A DNA stretch of 47,535 bases from Pseudomonadota bacterium (GTDB lineage Bacteria; Bdellovibrionota_B; Oligoflexia; Oligoflexales; CAIMVM01), in the NCBI GenBank assembly GCA_037142195.1, contig JBAXBA010000020.1, positions 1 to 47,535 of the forward strand, read 5' to 3'. Within the stretch, counting starts at the first letter, position 1; every line of letters starts with the position of its first letter. Shown here one piece after another: positions 19,670 to 28,985 of the stretch. The notes beneath the pieces were generated by a model, which had not been told where the DNA came from, searched no databases, and was given only the letters and a program-made list of their open reading frames with translations. The position numbers and the translations under genes were made by a program.

Positions 19670-20448
19670 ACTCTAAGAGTCCCACGGAAGGGAGGAAGCT
19701 CGCCCTCATCACAGGCGGCACTTCAGGAATTGGGTTCGGTATGGCTGAAGCCTTGGCGCCAAGTTATGATTTGGCACTGTCCTTCGCAACTCAAAAAGAA
19801 AAAGCTCAAAAAGCCGTAAGCGAGCTGAGGGAGAAATTTCCTGAGGCACGCATTGAGTGCTACGGGGTGCCACTTTCTGGGGAAAAAGACTGTAGCGAAC
19901 TCCTTGAAAAAGTATCAGCGGACTTCCAAACAGATATTTCTGTCCTCGTAAATTCTGCCGGGCGTTTGCGAGATGGTCTCTTTATGTCTCAGAATATCAG
20001 CGAACATGTGGCCCTGATGGAAGAGCATCTCTTGGTCCCCATGATTCTTTGTCACCGCGTTCTGAAAGGCATGTACCGAAATCAGTTCGGTCGGATCATC
20101 AATTTAAGCTCCATAACGGCTCGACGCTTTAAAATGGGCCAGGTCAACTACAGCTCTGCGAAATCAGGTATCGAAGGCTTTACAAAGTCTATTGCTCGCG
20201 AGGTCGCCCATCGCGGGATCACGGTCAATGCCATAGCTCCAGGACTTATTCGGACTCCCATGACAGAAGCCATGGTGAGCAAGTTAGAAGAAGACCGAAA
20301 AGGACTTCGTTCGCGCATCCCAGCGGGATTTGTGGGTGAGCCTAAGGACATCGGCTCTCTAGCTGCTTTTCTTTGCACGCCTGAAGCACGCTATATCACG
20401 GGGCAGGTCATTGATGTGTGTGGTGGACGTTCACTGGTGGGGGATTGA
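19645..20448 (+). CDS. 3-oxoacyl-ACP reductase (FabG-like SDR)
   Basis: TGGTSGIG, NSAG, GQVNYSSAK, VNAIAPG.I.TPMT, YITGQ. Confidence 0.9.
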   Translation: MSSHQSPLDSKSPTEGRKLALITGGTSGIGFGMAEALAPSYDLALSFATQKEKAQKAVSELREKFPEARIECYGVPLSGEKDCSELLEKVSADFQTDISVLVNSAGRLRDGLFMSQNISEHVALMEEHLLVPMILCHRVLKGMYRNQFGRIINLSSITARRFKMGQVNYSSAKSGIEGFTKSIAREVAHRGITVNAIAPGLIRTPMTEAMVSKLEEDRKGLRSRIPAGFVGEPKDIGSLAAFLCTPEARYITGQVIDVCGGRSLVGD

Positions 20449-20450
20449 TC

Positions 20451-21194
20451 ATGAAAAAAGTTGCTATAGTGACAGGTGGAACCCGAGGAATTGGGCGAGC
20501 TATATCATTAGATTTAGCAAGACAGGGATATGCCGTTAAAGCCTTGTTTGCAAGAGATCGTGAATCCGCGAAAGATCTAGAAGAGACTTCTTCTAAAGAA
20601 GGTCTAGATATTGTGACTTTAAAGAGTGATCTTTCTAAAAAAGAAGGAGTTGAGGAAGTCATTTCTCTCATCAAAGCTCAAACCTCAAGCGTGGACGTCT
20701 TGGTTCACTGCGCGGCAAGTGGAGTCCATAGACCCGCCAGAGAAATCACAACGAAGCACTTAAGGTGGACTTTTGAAATCAATGTTTTAGCCATTCAGCA
20801 AATCTTGATGGACCTTGTTCCTATGATGTCAAGCGGGAGCCGCATCATAGGACTGACCTCAAACGGCGGGACTCGCACCATTCCCTTCTATACAGCAGTC
20901 GGGAGCAGCAAAGGAGCTTTGGATTCTTTGTTTCGTCATTGGGCTGTTGAGCTAGCGCCTTCAGGTATAGCGGTGAATTTGGTCTGTCCAGGAATGGTGA
21001 TGACCGATGCCGTGGAAGCCTTTCCCGACAAAGAAGGACGCATTCAAGCGTGTATCAGACAAACCCCTACTGGAAAAATGACGACTCCCGAGGATGTGGG
21101 CGAGTTTGTCTCGTTTCTATGCACAAGCCGCATGGCGAGTCAGTTTGTAGGCCAAACTTTTACCATTGATGGTGGCAAATGTATACTCGCCTAG
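20451..21194 (+). CDS. SDR, FabL-like enoyl-ACP reductase
   Basis: TGGTRGIG, HCAASGVHRP and YTAVGSSK (Yx6K), resembling Bacillus FabL NNAASGVLRP / YTTVGVSK. Confidence 0.8.
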   Translation: MKKVAIVTGGTRGIGRAISLDLARQGYAVKALFARDRESAKDLEETSSKEGLDIVTLKSDLSKKEGVEEVISLIKAQTSSVDVLVHCAASGVHRPAREITTKHLRWTFEINVLAIQQILMDLVPMMSSGSRIIGLTSNGGTRTIPFYTAVGSSKGALDSLFRHWAVELAPSGIAVNLVCPGMVMTDAVEAFPDKEGRIQACIRQTPTGKMTTPEDVGEFVSFLCTSRMASQFVGQTFTIDGGKCILA

Positions 21195-22024
21195 AAGATC
21201 AATTCCATTCCTTTGGAAACCCTGACGGTCCCCTGGTGATTTGTGTTCACGGGATCATGGGAAAAGTAGAAGATTTCCGTCCCTTTATGGAAGCTTGGGG
21301 AAAAGACTTCCAACTTAAAATTCCTGATTTGATTCCAGGAAATGCCTTAAAAGTAGGTTATTCGGAAGCAGATCAAGAAGAGGGAGAAGTCCTTAAATAT
21401 CAATTAGCTCCGGCCATGATCATCGATTATTTAGAGAAGTTTCATGCCGGCAAGAAAGTCTTCCTCGTGGGCATTAGTTTTGGTGGCAAGATTTGTTTTG
21501 AAGTGGCTCAAAAGATTCCAGCCCTTGTTTCTGGTCTATGCGTGACCGATGTAGGTCTAGGACCCCTGTGCGAGAATTCCAGTTTGTTCCAATTAGCATT
21601 TGGGAGCATTCCTAAGTTAAATTTAAAGCAAGATTGGCCCTCCCTTCGCAAAGAGATTGAGGGAATGATTCCCGATCGAATGCTTAGAATTCTTATTTAC
21701 AATCACATCGAATATTTTGAAGGGAAACCTGAAGAAGGGCATTGGAAGTCAGGAGCCAATAACTTCTATAAGCTTCTTCTAAATAATGAATTAGAAAATC
21801 AATGGGCAAACCAGGAAGCACTCATCGCCCCATGCAAAATTCTTAAAGCTACCATTAACAGCGCGATCGACGATGCTGATTTTGAAAGAATGAAGTCAAA
21901 GTCAAATATCTATCTCGATGTTATTGATGGGGCCAATCATTTTCTACATGTACACATGCCACAAGTCTTTCTTGATAAAACTCTCGAAATGCTTAGGACA
22001 TATCATCAAAAAAAGGAGTCTTAG
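21179..22024 (+). CDS. Alpha/beta hydrolase (putative thioesterase/esterase)
   Basis: VHG oxyanion motif, GISFGG nucleophile elbow, GANHFLH. Confidence 0.88.
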   Translation: MYTRLEDQFHSFGNPDGPLVICVHGIMGKVEDFRPFMEAWGKDFQLKIPDLIPGNALKVGYSEADQEEGEVLKYQLAPAMIIDYLEKFHAGKKVFLVGISFGGKICFEVAQKIPALVSGLCVTDVGLGPLCENSSLFQLAFGSIPKLNLKQDWPSLRKEIEGMIPDRMLRILIYNHIEYFEGKPEEGHWKSGANNFYKLLLNNELENQWANQEALIAPCKILKATINSAIDDADFERMKSKSNIYLDVIDGANHFLHVHMPQVFLDKTLEMLRTYHQKKES

Positions 22025-22025
22025 T

Positions 22026-22979
22026 ATGAACAGATGTTTAAAGGTTTTTTTAGGGGCTTGGGCCATAAACGTATCCAGCAGTGTCTTTGCTGCCGGTTAT
22101 TCGAATCTTTGGATTTTTGGGGACAGTTTTTCAGATAACGGATCGACGGTTGACATAATGCCTCTTTTGAAATCAGCCGGAGCTCCTCCCCTGCCCAGTA
22201 ACGGCAAACTCAGTGACGGAAAGCTTTGGATTGAGTACTTTGCAGAATCCCTTGGTATGCCTGAGAGAGCCGAAACGGTTTGGGTTAAAGGTGGCCGAAA
22301 TCCTGGGAATTACTCGATGATTGCAGCTTCTTCGAGGCTTTCAAGTATTTTGATTCAAGACTTCCCCGATCAAGTAGACTTATTAGAACGCCAGCAACAG
22401 AGATTTGGCTCCAATGACCTCGTCGTGATTCAAATGGGTATCAATGACGGTCTATCTGCCATGAAAACCTTTGGTCAGATGCTAAAGTCTGGCAAAACCA
22501 GAGATGAAGCCATGAAGGCAGCAGATCAAGACCTCGCGAAAGCGATAGTTTCTTACAAAGCTCAGTTTCATAGACTTATTTCTTTCGGAGCCAGAAAGTT
22601 TATGGTGATGAACGCGCCAGATCTAGGTCTGGCTCCTTTTGCTCGTCAGAGGAATGCGGTGGACTTAGCTCGTTTGTACTCCATGAGGCTCAATGGGATG
22701 ATCGCGGTTGCGCTGAATGAAGTAAAAGCCTCTCATAAAGCCGCTTCGGGACTATCCATTAAGACGTTTGATTTGCTTGCGAATCTTCATAAGTTGATGG
22801 CGGATCCCTCTGCTTATGGTTTGTCTACGAGCTTGATTCGCGACTCAGCGTGCGGAGAGCGTGGAGCCAACAATAGAGTTTGCACCCAGCCTGAAAAGTA
22901 CTTCTACTATGATTTGAATCATCCCACGAGCCAAGTGAATCAAGTCATATCAAAAGAAGCCTTAAGAGTTTTGGAGTAA
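22026..22979 (+). CDS. Secreted SGNH/GDSL lipase/esterase
   Basis: Signal peptide, FGDSFSD, GIND, DLNHPT; AAGGAG RBS before ATG 22026. Confidence 0.9.
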   Translation: MNRCLKVFLGAWAINVSSSVFAAGYSNLWIFGDSFSDNGSTVDIMPLLKSAGAPPLPSNGKLSDGKLWIEYFAESLGMPERAETVWVKGGRNPGNYSMIAASSRLSSILIQDFPDQVDLLERQQQRFGSNDLVVIQMGINDGLSAMKTFGQMLKSGKTRDEAMKAADQDLAKAIVSYKAQFHRLISFGARKFMVMNAPDLGLAPFARQRNAVDLARLYSMRLNGMIAVALNEVKASHKAASGLSIKTFDLLANLHKLMADPSAYGLSTSLIRDSACGERGANNRVCTQPEKYFYYDLNHPTSQVNQVISKEALRVLE

Positions 22980-23008
22980 ATTAAGAAGAAACTCTTAGTC
23001 ATATCCCC

Positions 23009-23043
23009 AAAAAGGTTCAAGCCCTCGGTCTTGAACCTTTTTT
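23009..23043. terminator. Intrinsic terminator, probably bidirectional
   Basis: AAAAAGGTTCAAG-ccctcggt-CTTGAACCTTTTTT between convergent operons. Confidence 0.8.
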
Positions 23044-23380
23044 CTAGGGGAAGCTTTTCTGATTGCAAAAATGAGTTTCTAGGCCGATCTGAATGGGTTC
23101 TGTGATGAGAATTGTTGCGAAAGATTTTGTTGGAACGAGGCGTACCATTTAAATAACTCTTTATTAAATCGGCTCGAAAACCAAAGCCCCTCGGGCGCGA
23201 ATTGGTAATAAAGTATGACTGCTGACGATGTTTCTTCAATTTTTCAGGGCGACGGCAAGGCGATAGATATGCGAGCCGTCTCTAAGGAAAGTGTTCCTTG
23301 CTACTCATGAATTCTGCAGTATGCCAAGAAGTCCAGAAGGAAGTGTTTCCTTCAGAATTCTTCGGAATATTATTGTCAAA

Positions 23381-24376
23381 TCAATAGGGTTTTAGCTGAA
23401 CACATCGCGTCCTACAGCGTTTTCCGGATTTTTCCATCAAGGCCTCATAGCCCCACATAGCCTTGCCCTCAGGGCACAGCATTTGATATACCTTTGCACA
23501 TTGACTAAAATTATTGCCATAAATGTCCTCATAATTCGACATATCTGGGAACCTAGAAATGAGGCTATTATTGTACTCTACGTCCCTAAGAATTTTATCC
23601 GCTTTATTATAGAAATTTTGGACCACAGTGGACATACTTACGTCGGTTGTATATTTATCTTGATTATAGGTATAGGTCATCAGACTCGAATTACAAACAT
23701 ATTTATTTGACCCCGTATCAAAGACTAGATTGTCCGGATAGCTACAACTAGGGATAGATTCACAAGTGGCTTGTTTATTTTTAAAATCAATTTTTCGAGT
23801 AAATCCATTACACGTAGCGTTAGTAGAAGGGGTAGTAAACCAATCATGACATAGGCCTTGTGGGTTGTTGGGCTGCGAAACCTTTAACATCGGATGCGCC
23901 CAGCTATAAGGCTGTGCTGTAAGTTCATCTGAGCGATAGTGAGAGGGATTTTCCGGTGCGGTTTTACCAACCCATTGTTTATCCGCTAAATTTCCATAAA
24001 AGCTCGGGAGCAGGGAAACGAATCTAATCTCGATTCCACCAGAAGTGCAATAGGCCAACCCATTCCATTTTCCAAATCGACTCGTGCCGGCTGAGTTAAG
24101 AATAATGCCCGCTTTAGAGCGTATATCAATGTATCCAGAAGAACATGGGGATCCTTTTGGTCCAAATCCTAGGCTTGGGGAAAATGTGGCCGCACAGTCC
24201 ACGTTGCCGTAGATATTACTTTTAAATCCTAAAATATCATTTTTTTGTGCCGTTTTTTTTGCAGATTTAGCGATAGATGCAGATTTTTGCGAGACGATTC
24301 CGATGACAATGGAACCGACTGCAAGAACCAAAAGTGCTTGTAACAATCCAAATCCTTGATTTTTTTTGCTCGTCAT
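23381..24376 (-). CDS. Type IV pilin-like protein with Cys-rich extension (Q at position +5)
   Basis: KKNQG|FGLLQALLVLAV class III signal; 12 Cys aligned with the two upstream paralogues. Confidence 0.8.
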   Translation of the reverse strand: MTSKKNQGFGLLQALLVLAVGSIVIGIVSQKSASIAKSAKKTAQKNDILGFKSNIYGNVDCAATFSPSLGFGPKGSPCSSGYIDIRSKAGIILNSAGTSRFGKWNGLAYCTSGGIEIRFVSLLPSFYGNLADKQWVGKTAPENPSHYRSDELTAQPYSWAHPMLKVSQPNNPQGLCHDWFTTPSTNATCNGFTRKIDFKNKQATCESIPSCSYPDNLVFDTGSNKYVCNSSLMTYTYNQDKYTTDVSMSTVVQNFYNKADKILRDVEYNNSLISRFPDMSNYEDIYGNNFSQCAKVYQMLCPEGKAMWGYEALMEKSGKRCRTRCVQLKPY

Positions 24377-24403
24377 AGAAGAACCTCCTTTCAGACTCGA
24401 AAT

Positions 24404-25453
24404 TTAAGGGGCAACCTTTCGACAATTCAAACTACAAGTTTGAGAAGAGCCCGTGTCATATCTAAACTCATAGGAAGTCATTATCCAGCCGCTTGGGCAT
24501 TTCATTGTCTCTATTTGTGCGCATTCATCTCGGGTGTTTTTGGACAAAATAAAATCATTCGCTGGGTTGAAAACCTGAAACAGAGTGTTGTAGATTAACT
24601 GAGATTTAGCTTGAAGGTTATTTATTGTGTCATTTGCATAACTGTCGAAGGGGCCGATTTTTGAATTTTTATAATTGTTAATGTCCGTTGTTATCTGATT
24701 GTAAAGTTCTGCAGAGCAGAATAGCTCTTTCTTACCGCTAAGGGGATTGTCACCAAATTTGAGCGCCTCAGGAGACGAACATTTAGGAATGTTATTGCAA
24801 AGAAAAGTTCCGTCAATCAGATTGATCTCTTTTAGATATTCGCCAGGATTGCACCCTATGACAGTATTTGCAGTGGTGGAAAAGTATTCATTGCAAAGTC
24901 CCAAGAGACCAGGGGTTGAGATTTTTGTGAGAGGATGATCCCAGGAATAGCGGCTATTGGCACTGTCACGGGCATAATCCTTAGTATACTTTTTAGAATC
25001 TTCTGTAGATGGGCTGGAAGTATTACGCCAGTCTGTGAGCGCGTTGGTCTCGCTTTCGAAATCCTTGAGAATCATCGAAGCCCGAATGTCGAGTCCAGAG
25101 CTTGTGCAAAGGGCTCGAACGGTCCATTCTCCATATTTAGATCCCCCCGCCTTAATGATAGGTCTTCCTGCAGGGTTGGCTGCATCGGGTCTTCCGAATA
25201 CATCGATATAGGTGCCTGGGTCGGAACAAGCCGGTCTACCCGGGCGGCTTGCGAACGTTGTTTGACAGCTTGTAAATCCCCAAACTATGGATTTGAGGTC
25301 GTTGATTCCACTGATAGCATCTATTTTTTTGCTCCCCGCATTGAGCTGATTCATAGCTCTCCCAAGGACATAGAGCGCGCCAGATCCAATTGCCACAGAA
25401 ACCATAAGTTCTATCAAAGAGAAGCCATTTTTTTTAAGTTTTACTCGCCGCAT
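24404..25453 (-). CDS. Type IV pilin-like protein (prepilin N-terminal cleavage/methylation motif) with Cys-rich extension
   Basis: KKNG|FSLIELMVSVAI; 12 Cys. Confidence 0.88.
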   Translation of the reverse strand: MRRVKLKKNGFSLIELMVSVAIGSGALYVLGRAMNQLNAGSKKIDAISGINDLKSIVWGFTSCQTTFASRPGRPACSDPGTYIDVFGRPDAANPAGRPIIKAGGSKYGEWTVRALCTSSGLDIRASMILKDFESETNALTDWRNTSSPSTEDSKKYTKDYARDSANSRYSWDHPLTKISTPGLLGLCNEYFSTTANTVIGCNPGEYLKEINLIDGTFLCNNIPKCSSPEALKFGDNPLSGKKELFCSAELYNQITTDINNYKNSKIGPFDSYANDTINNLQAKSQLIYNTLFQVFNPANDFILSKNTRDECAQIETMKCPSGWIMTSYEFRYDTGSSQTCSLNCRKVAP

Positions 25454-25518
25454 ACTGTTACCTTCCCTTCGTCAAAACCCAGGAAATCTTTCTGAAAGAT
25501 CTTTTAGATGTGTCTGCT

Positions 25519-26535
25519 TTAAGGTGGAGCGATCTTTACGCAGGATGCCCTACAGCCTCCATTGCCTTGCTGTCTCGCTTCATAGCCATACATGAGGTAG
25601 CCATCAGGGCAGGAACCGTTATCCAATTTCGCGCATTCCGTGTCATTCGATCCTCCAACCGATGTCGTGGTTCCATTGGACCAAGAGGCGAGTTGAGAAA
25701 ATCGGTTATAAACATAGTCTTCATAGTTATTTATCTTGTCTCGGTAATTGTTTACGGAGGTATAGCCTCCCGGTACTACTGAGTCGGTGTAATTGTTAAG
25801 GTTGTTTACCATGTTCCAGTAGGCTTGGCTGGAGCAATAGAAGTCTGTGCCTGAAAACTCAAGAGATTCGTAGCTACCGCAAAAAGGCATTTGCTTACAA
25901 ATTGGTAGTTTGGCGTCAAAATCGATGGATTGAACATATTCATTTGGGTTCGAACAGACGGTCGTTGCTGGAGCTGTCTGGAAGCTTGCTGCGCAAAGTC
26001 CACTGATGCCAGGTGTAGACAATATAGAATTGGGATGATTCCAATCATAGTTTAGTACCGAACTTCTCGATTCATCAGGCATATAATGGGTAGGGTTAGT
26101 CGGACTGCTGAGGCCAATCCAGCTGATGTCTTGGACATTCGAAAGGAAAGCTGGCTTTAGTTTCACAGCCCGAACATCTAGACCTCTATTAGCACCGTCG
26201 CTGCAATAGGCCCTAACAGCATAATTCCCTGAAATGGTCCCATTGGCCGAGACCACGGTTTGACCATCCGCATTGCGTAAGTCAATGTATCTCGACGAAC
26301 CGCTGCAGGGGTTGCCAATCGTGAGTCCACTAAAAGTTTTGTCACAGTTCACTGTTGCGTATATAGTTCTCTTTAAAGAAGAGATGTCGACGGTAGACAG
26401 AGATTTCTTGGTAAGCTTATTTGCTGAGGTTAGCACTCCGGTAAAGGCTAGAAATGCGATTAAGCCTATGGAGAGAGCCACCAAAGTCTCAAGGACTGTA
26501 AAGCCACGGCTATATTTAAAGGGAACTCTAACCAT
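25519..26535 (-). CDS. Type IV pilin-like protein (prepilin N-terminal cleavage/methylation motif) with Cys-rich extension
   Basis: YSRG|FTVLETLVALSI; 12 Cys; AGGAGG RBS. Confidence 0.88.
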   Translation of the reverse strand: MVRVPFKYSRGFTVLETLVALSIGLIAFLAFTGVLTSANKLTKKSLSTVDISSLKRTIYATVNCDKTFSGLTIGNPCSGSSRYIDLRNADGQTVVSANGTISGNYAVRAYCSDGANRGLDVRAVKLKPAFLSNVQDISWIGLSSPTNPTHYMPDESRSSVLNYDWNHPNSILSTPGISGLCAASFQTAPATTVCSNPNEYVQSIDFDAKLPICKQMPFCGSYESLEFSGTDFYCSSQAYWNMVNNLNNYTDSVVPGGYTSVNNYRDKINNYEDYVYNRFSQLASWSNGTTTSVGGSNDTECAKLDNGSCPDGYLMYGYEARQQGNGGCRASCVKIAPP

Positions 26536-27139
26536 CTTCTATCCTCCTACTAGGCCCCATCGGCTGGGGAGGCCAATTTCTTTAATAGAAACCTGCCAAG
26601 GCAACGGGCAATGGTCGGGTGGAAGGCGGTCTGTCGGAGCCATTTTGGGGCTGCCGCAAGCTAACTTTCCGTTTGTATTGGGCAAAGTCTGAAATCACTG
26701 GTTGCTACACATATCTGTTCTGCTCACTCTCGAGAGGTTAATCCTGTAGTGGAATGGATTATCAAGCTCTTAGGTCTTAGAGAGACAATTTTGTAGCAAC
26801 TATTTCTGTTCCACAAGCAGTCCGACACACTCTCTGGCTGGACTCGTTACTCCGGGACAGGAGGCAAAGAAAGGAGGCAAAGATAGTTAGCCAAAGATAG
26901 TTAGCCTGGAAATCTACATGGGTCTTGCGATGAGCGGGAGCTATTTTAGGTCTCACTTTCTTGAAGTGCGAACATTTGCGGATGACTTTTATAAAGGTTC
27001 CGAGACGACACGTCATCTCGGATTCAAGCAGCCAGGAATACAAAGACTAAAACTAGCTTGCCTCCGACAGAAGCAATCAGGTGCTACAGACGAGCTAAGA
27101 AAAAGATTTTTCTGCTATAGATAGAAGGATTCCGACTCT

Positions 27140-27550
27140 CTAGGGGAGTTTTTTTTCGAGATAAGAATTTAGTCTGTCGAGGGCGCGTGCTAGATTTTCT
27201 TCAGAAGAGGGCTTTTCAGAAATCGTTGGTGGGGCCAAAGTTTCGTCACGACTTTGCTTGAGACGGGCTATGGTGGATATGACAAAAAAGAGGACTAAGG
27301 CAACGACCGTAAAGTCGACCAAAGTTCCCGCAAAGGCCCCAATTTTAATTCCCTGACCTACCGTAGCTTCTCGCCAGTCACCGCCAGGGATCAGCGGATT
27401 GATGAGAGGCATGACAATATCAGAAACCAGTGAGGTTACGATTTTACTAAAGGCGCCCCCGACCACAACAGCAACTGCGAGATCTACTATATTTCCTTTT
27501 AGAGCAAACTCTTTAAAGGACTTTAAAATGCCAGTGGGTGCTAGGGGCAT
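27140..27550 (-). CDS. mscL: Large-conductance mechanosensitive channel
   Basis: FKEFALKGNIVDLAVAVVVGGAFSKIVTSLVSDIVMPLI. Confidence 0.96.
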   Translation of the reverse strand: MPLAPTGILKSFKEFALKGNIVDLAVAVVVGGAFSKIVTSLVSDIVMPLINPLIPGGDWREATVGQGIKIGAFAGTLVDFTVVALVLFFVISTIARLKQSRDETLAPPTISEKPSSEENLARALDRLNSYLEKKLP

Positions 27551-27562
27551 AAAAACTCCTTC

Positions 27563-28663
27563 TTAATCTGTTACGGCGAGGCCAGAGGCCTGGTCAAATA
27601 GATAGTTATGGGAAGACGTAAAGGCGAGGGAAAGCATCTCACCTTTTTTCGGGCGGTGAGGCTCCGGTATACTTACCATAACCTCATCGTTCCCAATTTT
27701 AATCAAGGTATTCGTTAAGGCGCCCAGTGGTTCTGTTAAAAGGACCTTAGCTTCAAAAACGAGTTTGTCATTTGGGGTGGCCATGGTGAGATTTTCTGCA
27801 CGAATGCCCCACTGCACGGACTGGCCTTCCGTGCCACGTTCCCGCACAACATTGTGATATCTAGGTAGAAGAGGCATCCGCACGCCGGAATCAGAAACAA
27901 ACTCGGGACTTCCCGAAAGGCGCAGTTTGCCTTCAATCAAGGTCATCGAGGGAGAGCCAATAAACTGAGCTACAAATCGATTGGCAGGGTGGTAGTAGAG
28001 TTGTAAAGGGGTTCCAATTTGCTGAACTTTACCGCCTTCCAGCACAATAATCCGCGTAGCTAGAGTCATCGCTTCCACTTGGTCGTGTGTCACATAGACA
28101 GCTGTAGCGCCGAGTTCCGAATGCAATTGAGAAATAGTAGCTCGCATGGTCGTTCTAAGTTTGGCATCCAAATTAGAGAGAGGCTCATCAAATAGAAATA
28201 TCTTTGGTTTTCGGACGATGGCTCTACCTATGGCGACCCTCTGTCTTTGCCCACCAGATAATTCTGCCGGCTTGCGGCTCAAAAAGGGAGTTAAGTTGAG
28301 TTTCTCGGCAGCGTCTCTTACCAAGCGATCAATTTCAGATTCTTGCATCTTTCTGATTCTGAGACCGAAGGCAATATTTTCGTAAACCGACTTATGGGGA
28401 TAAAGGGCGTAATCTTGGAATACCATCGCGATGTCGCGGTCCTTGGGAGGAAGCTTGGAAACATCTCTGCCATCGATAATAATCGACCCCGAGGAAATAT
28501 CTTCTAGTCCCGCAATGCTTCGAAGCATCGTGGATTTCCCGCATCCGGAAGGACCTACTAATACGATAAATTCGCCAGGCTCAGCTTTAAATGAAAGGTG
28601 GTTGATCACAGCTTTACCGCCATAACTTTTCACCACATCTTTAACTTCTAGGGATGCTGTCAT
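27563..28663 (-). CDS. Carbohydrate ABC transporter ATP-binding protein (MalK/UgpC family)
   Basis: GPSGCGKST, VFQDYALYPH, LSGGQRQRVA, DEPLSNLDAKLR, YVTHDQVEAM, C-terminal TOBE-like region. Confidence 0.95.
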   Translation of the reverse strand: MTASLEVKDVVKSYGGKAVINHLSFKAEPGEFIVLVGPSGCGKSTMLRSIAGLEDISSGSIIIDGRDVSKLPPKDRDIAMVFQDYALYPHKSVYENIAFGLRIRKMQESEIDRLVRDAAEKLNLTPFLSRKPAELSGGQRQRVAIGRAIVRKPKIFLFDEPLSNLDAKLRTTMRATISQLHSELGATAVYVTHDQVEAMTLATRIIVLEGGKVQQIGTPLQLYYHPANRFVAQFIGSPSMTLIEGKLRLSGSPEFVSDSGVRMPLLPRYHNVVRERGTEGQSVQWGIRAENLTMATPNDKLVFEAKVLLTEPLGALTNTLIKIGNDEVMVSIPEPHRPKKGEMLSLAFTSSHNYLFDQASGLAVTD

Positions 28664-28985
28664 CCTATATTCCTTAATTTGATAAAGATGCCACCCTACG
28701 GATTTTAAAATATGAGGTCAACCACGAAGATGGTGATCGCCTAAATGTATAATGTGGAGGCAGTCTTCCCACCGAGATCTAACGCCAAAAAGTCCATACG
28801 ATTCGAATGGGACCTTAGAAAGGGCTGGGGAAGTGAAGATATTCAGATTTTGTGGCAGGGAAATCTCGATTTTGGTAGAATTTTTGCCTGTGGAATCGAC
28901 TTGTGCCTTTGGCCCTTTCGCCTGAAAATATTACCGGCATGTGCCGGTGGAACCCGCTTTTTACTTCGAAACAGGATGGATCTTT

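Noticed and set aside
23284..23353. Twin mini-hairpins AAGGAA(A)GTG(T)TTCCTT, with a 12-mer also at ~9629
   Set aside because: Stems are short, and a shared 12-mer is expected by chance in a window this size.
26560..26600. Sigma54 promoter for the pilin triplet (TTGGCAGG on - strand)
   Set aside because: The -12 TTGC element is missing at the required spacing.
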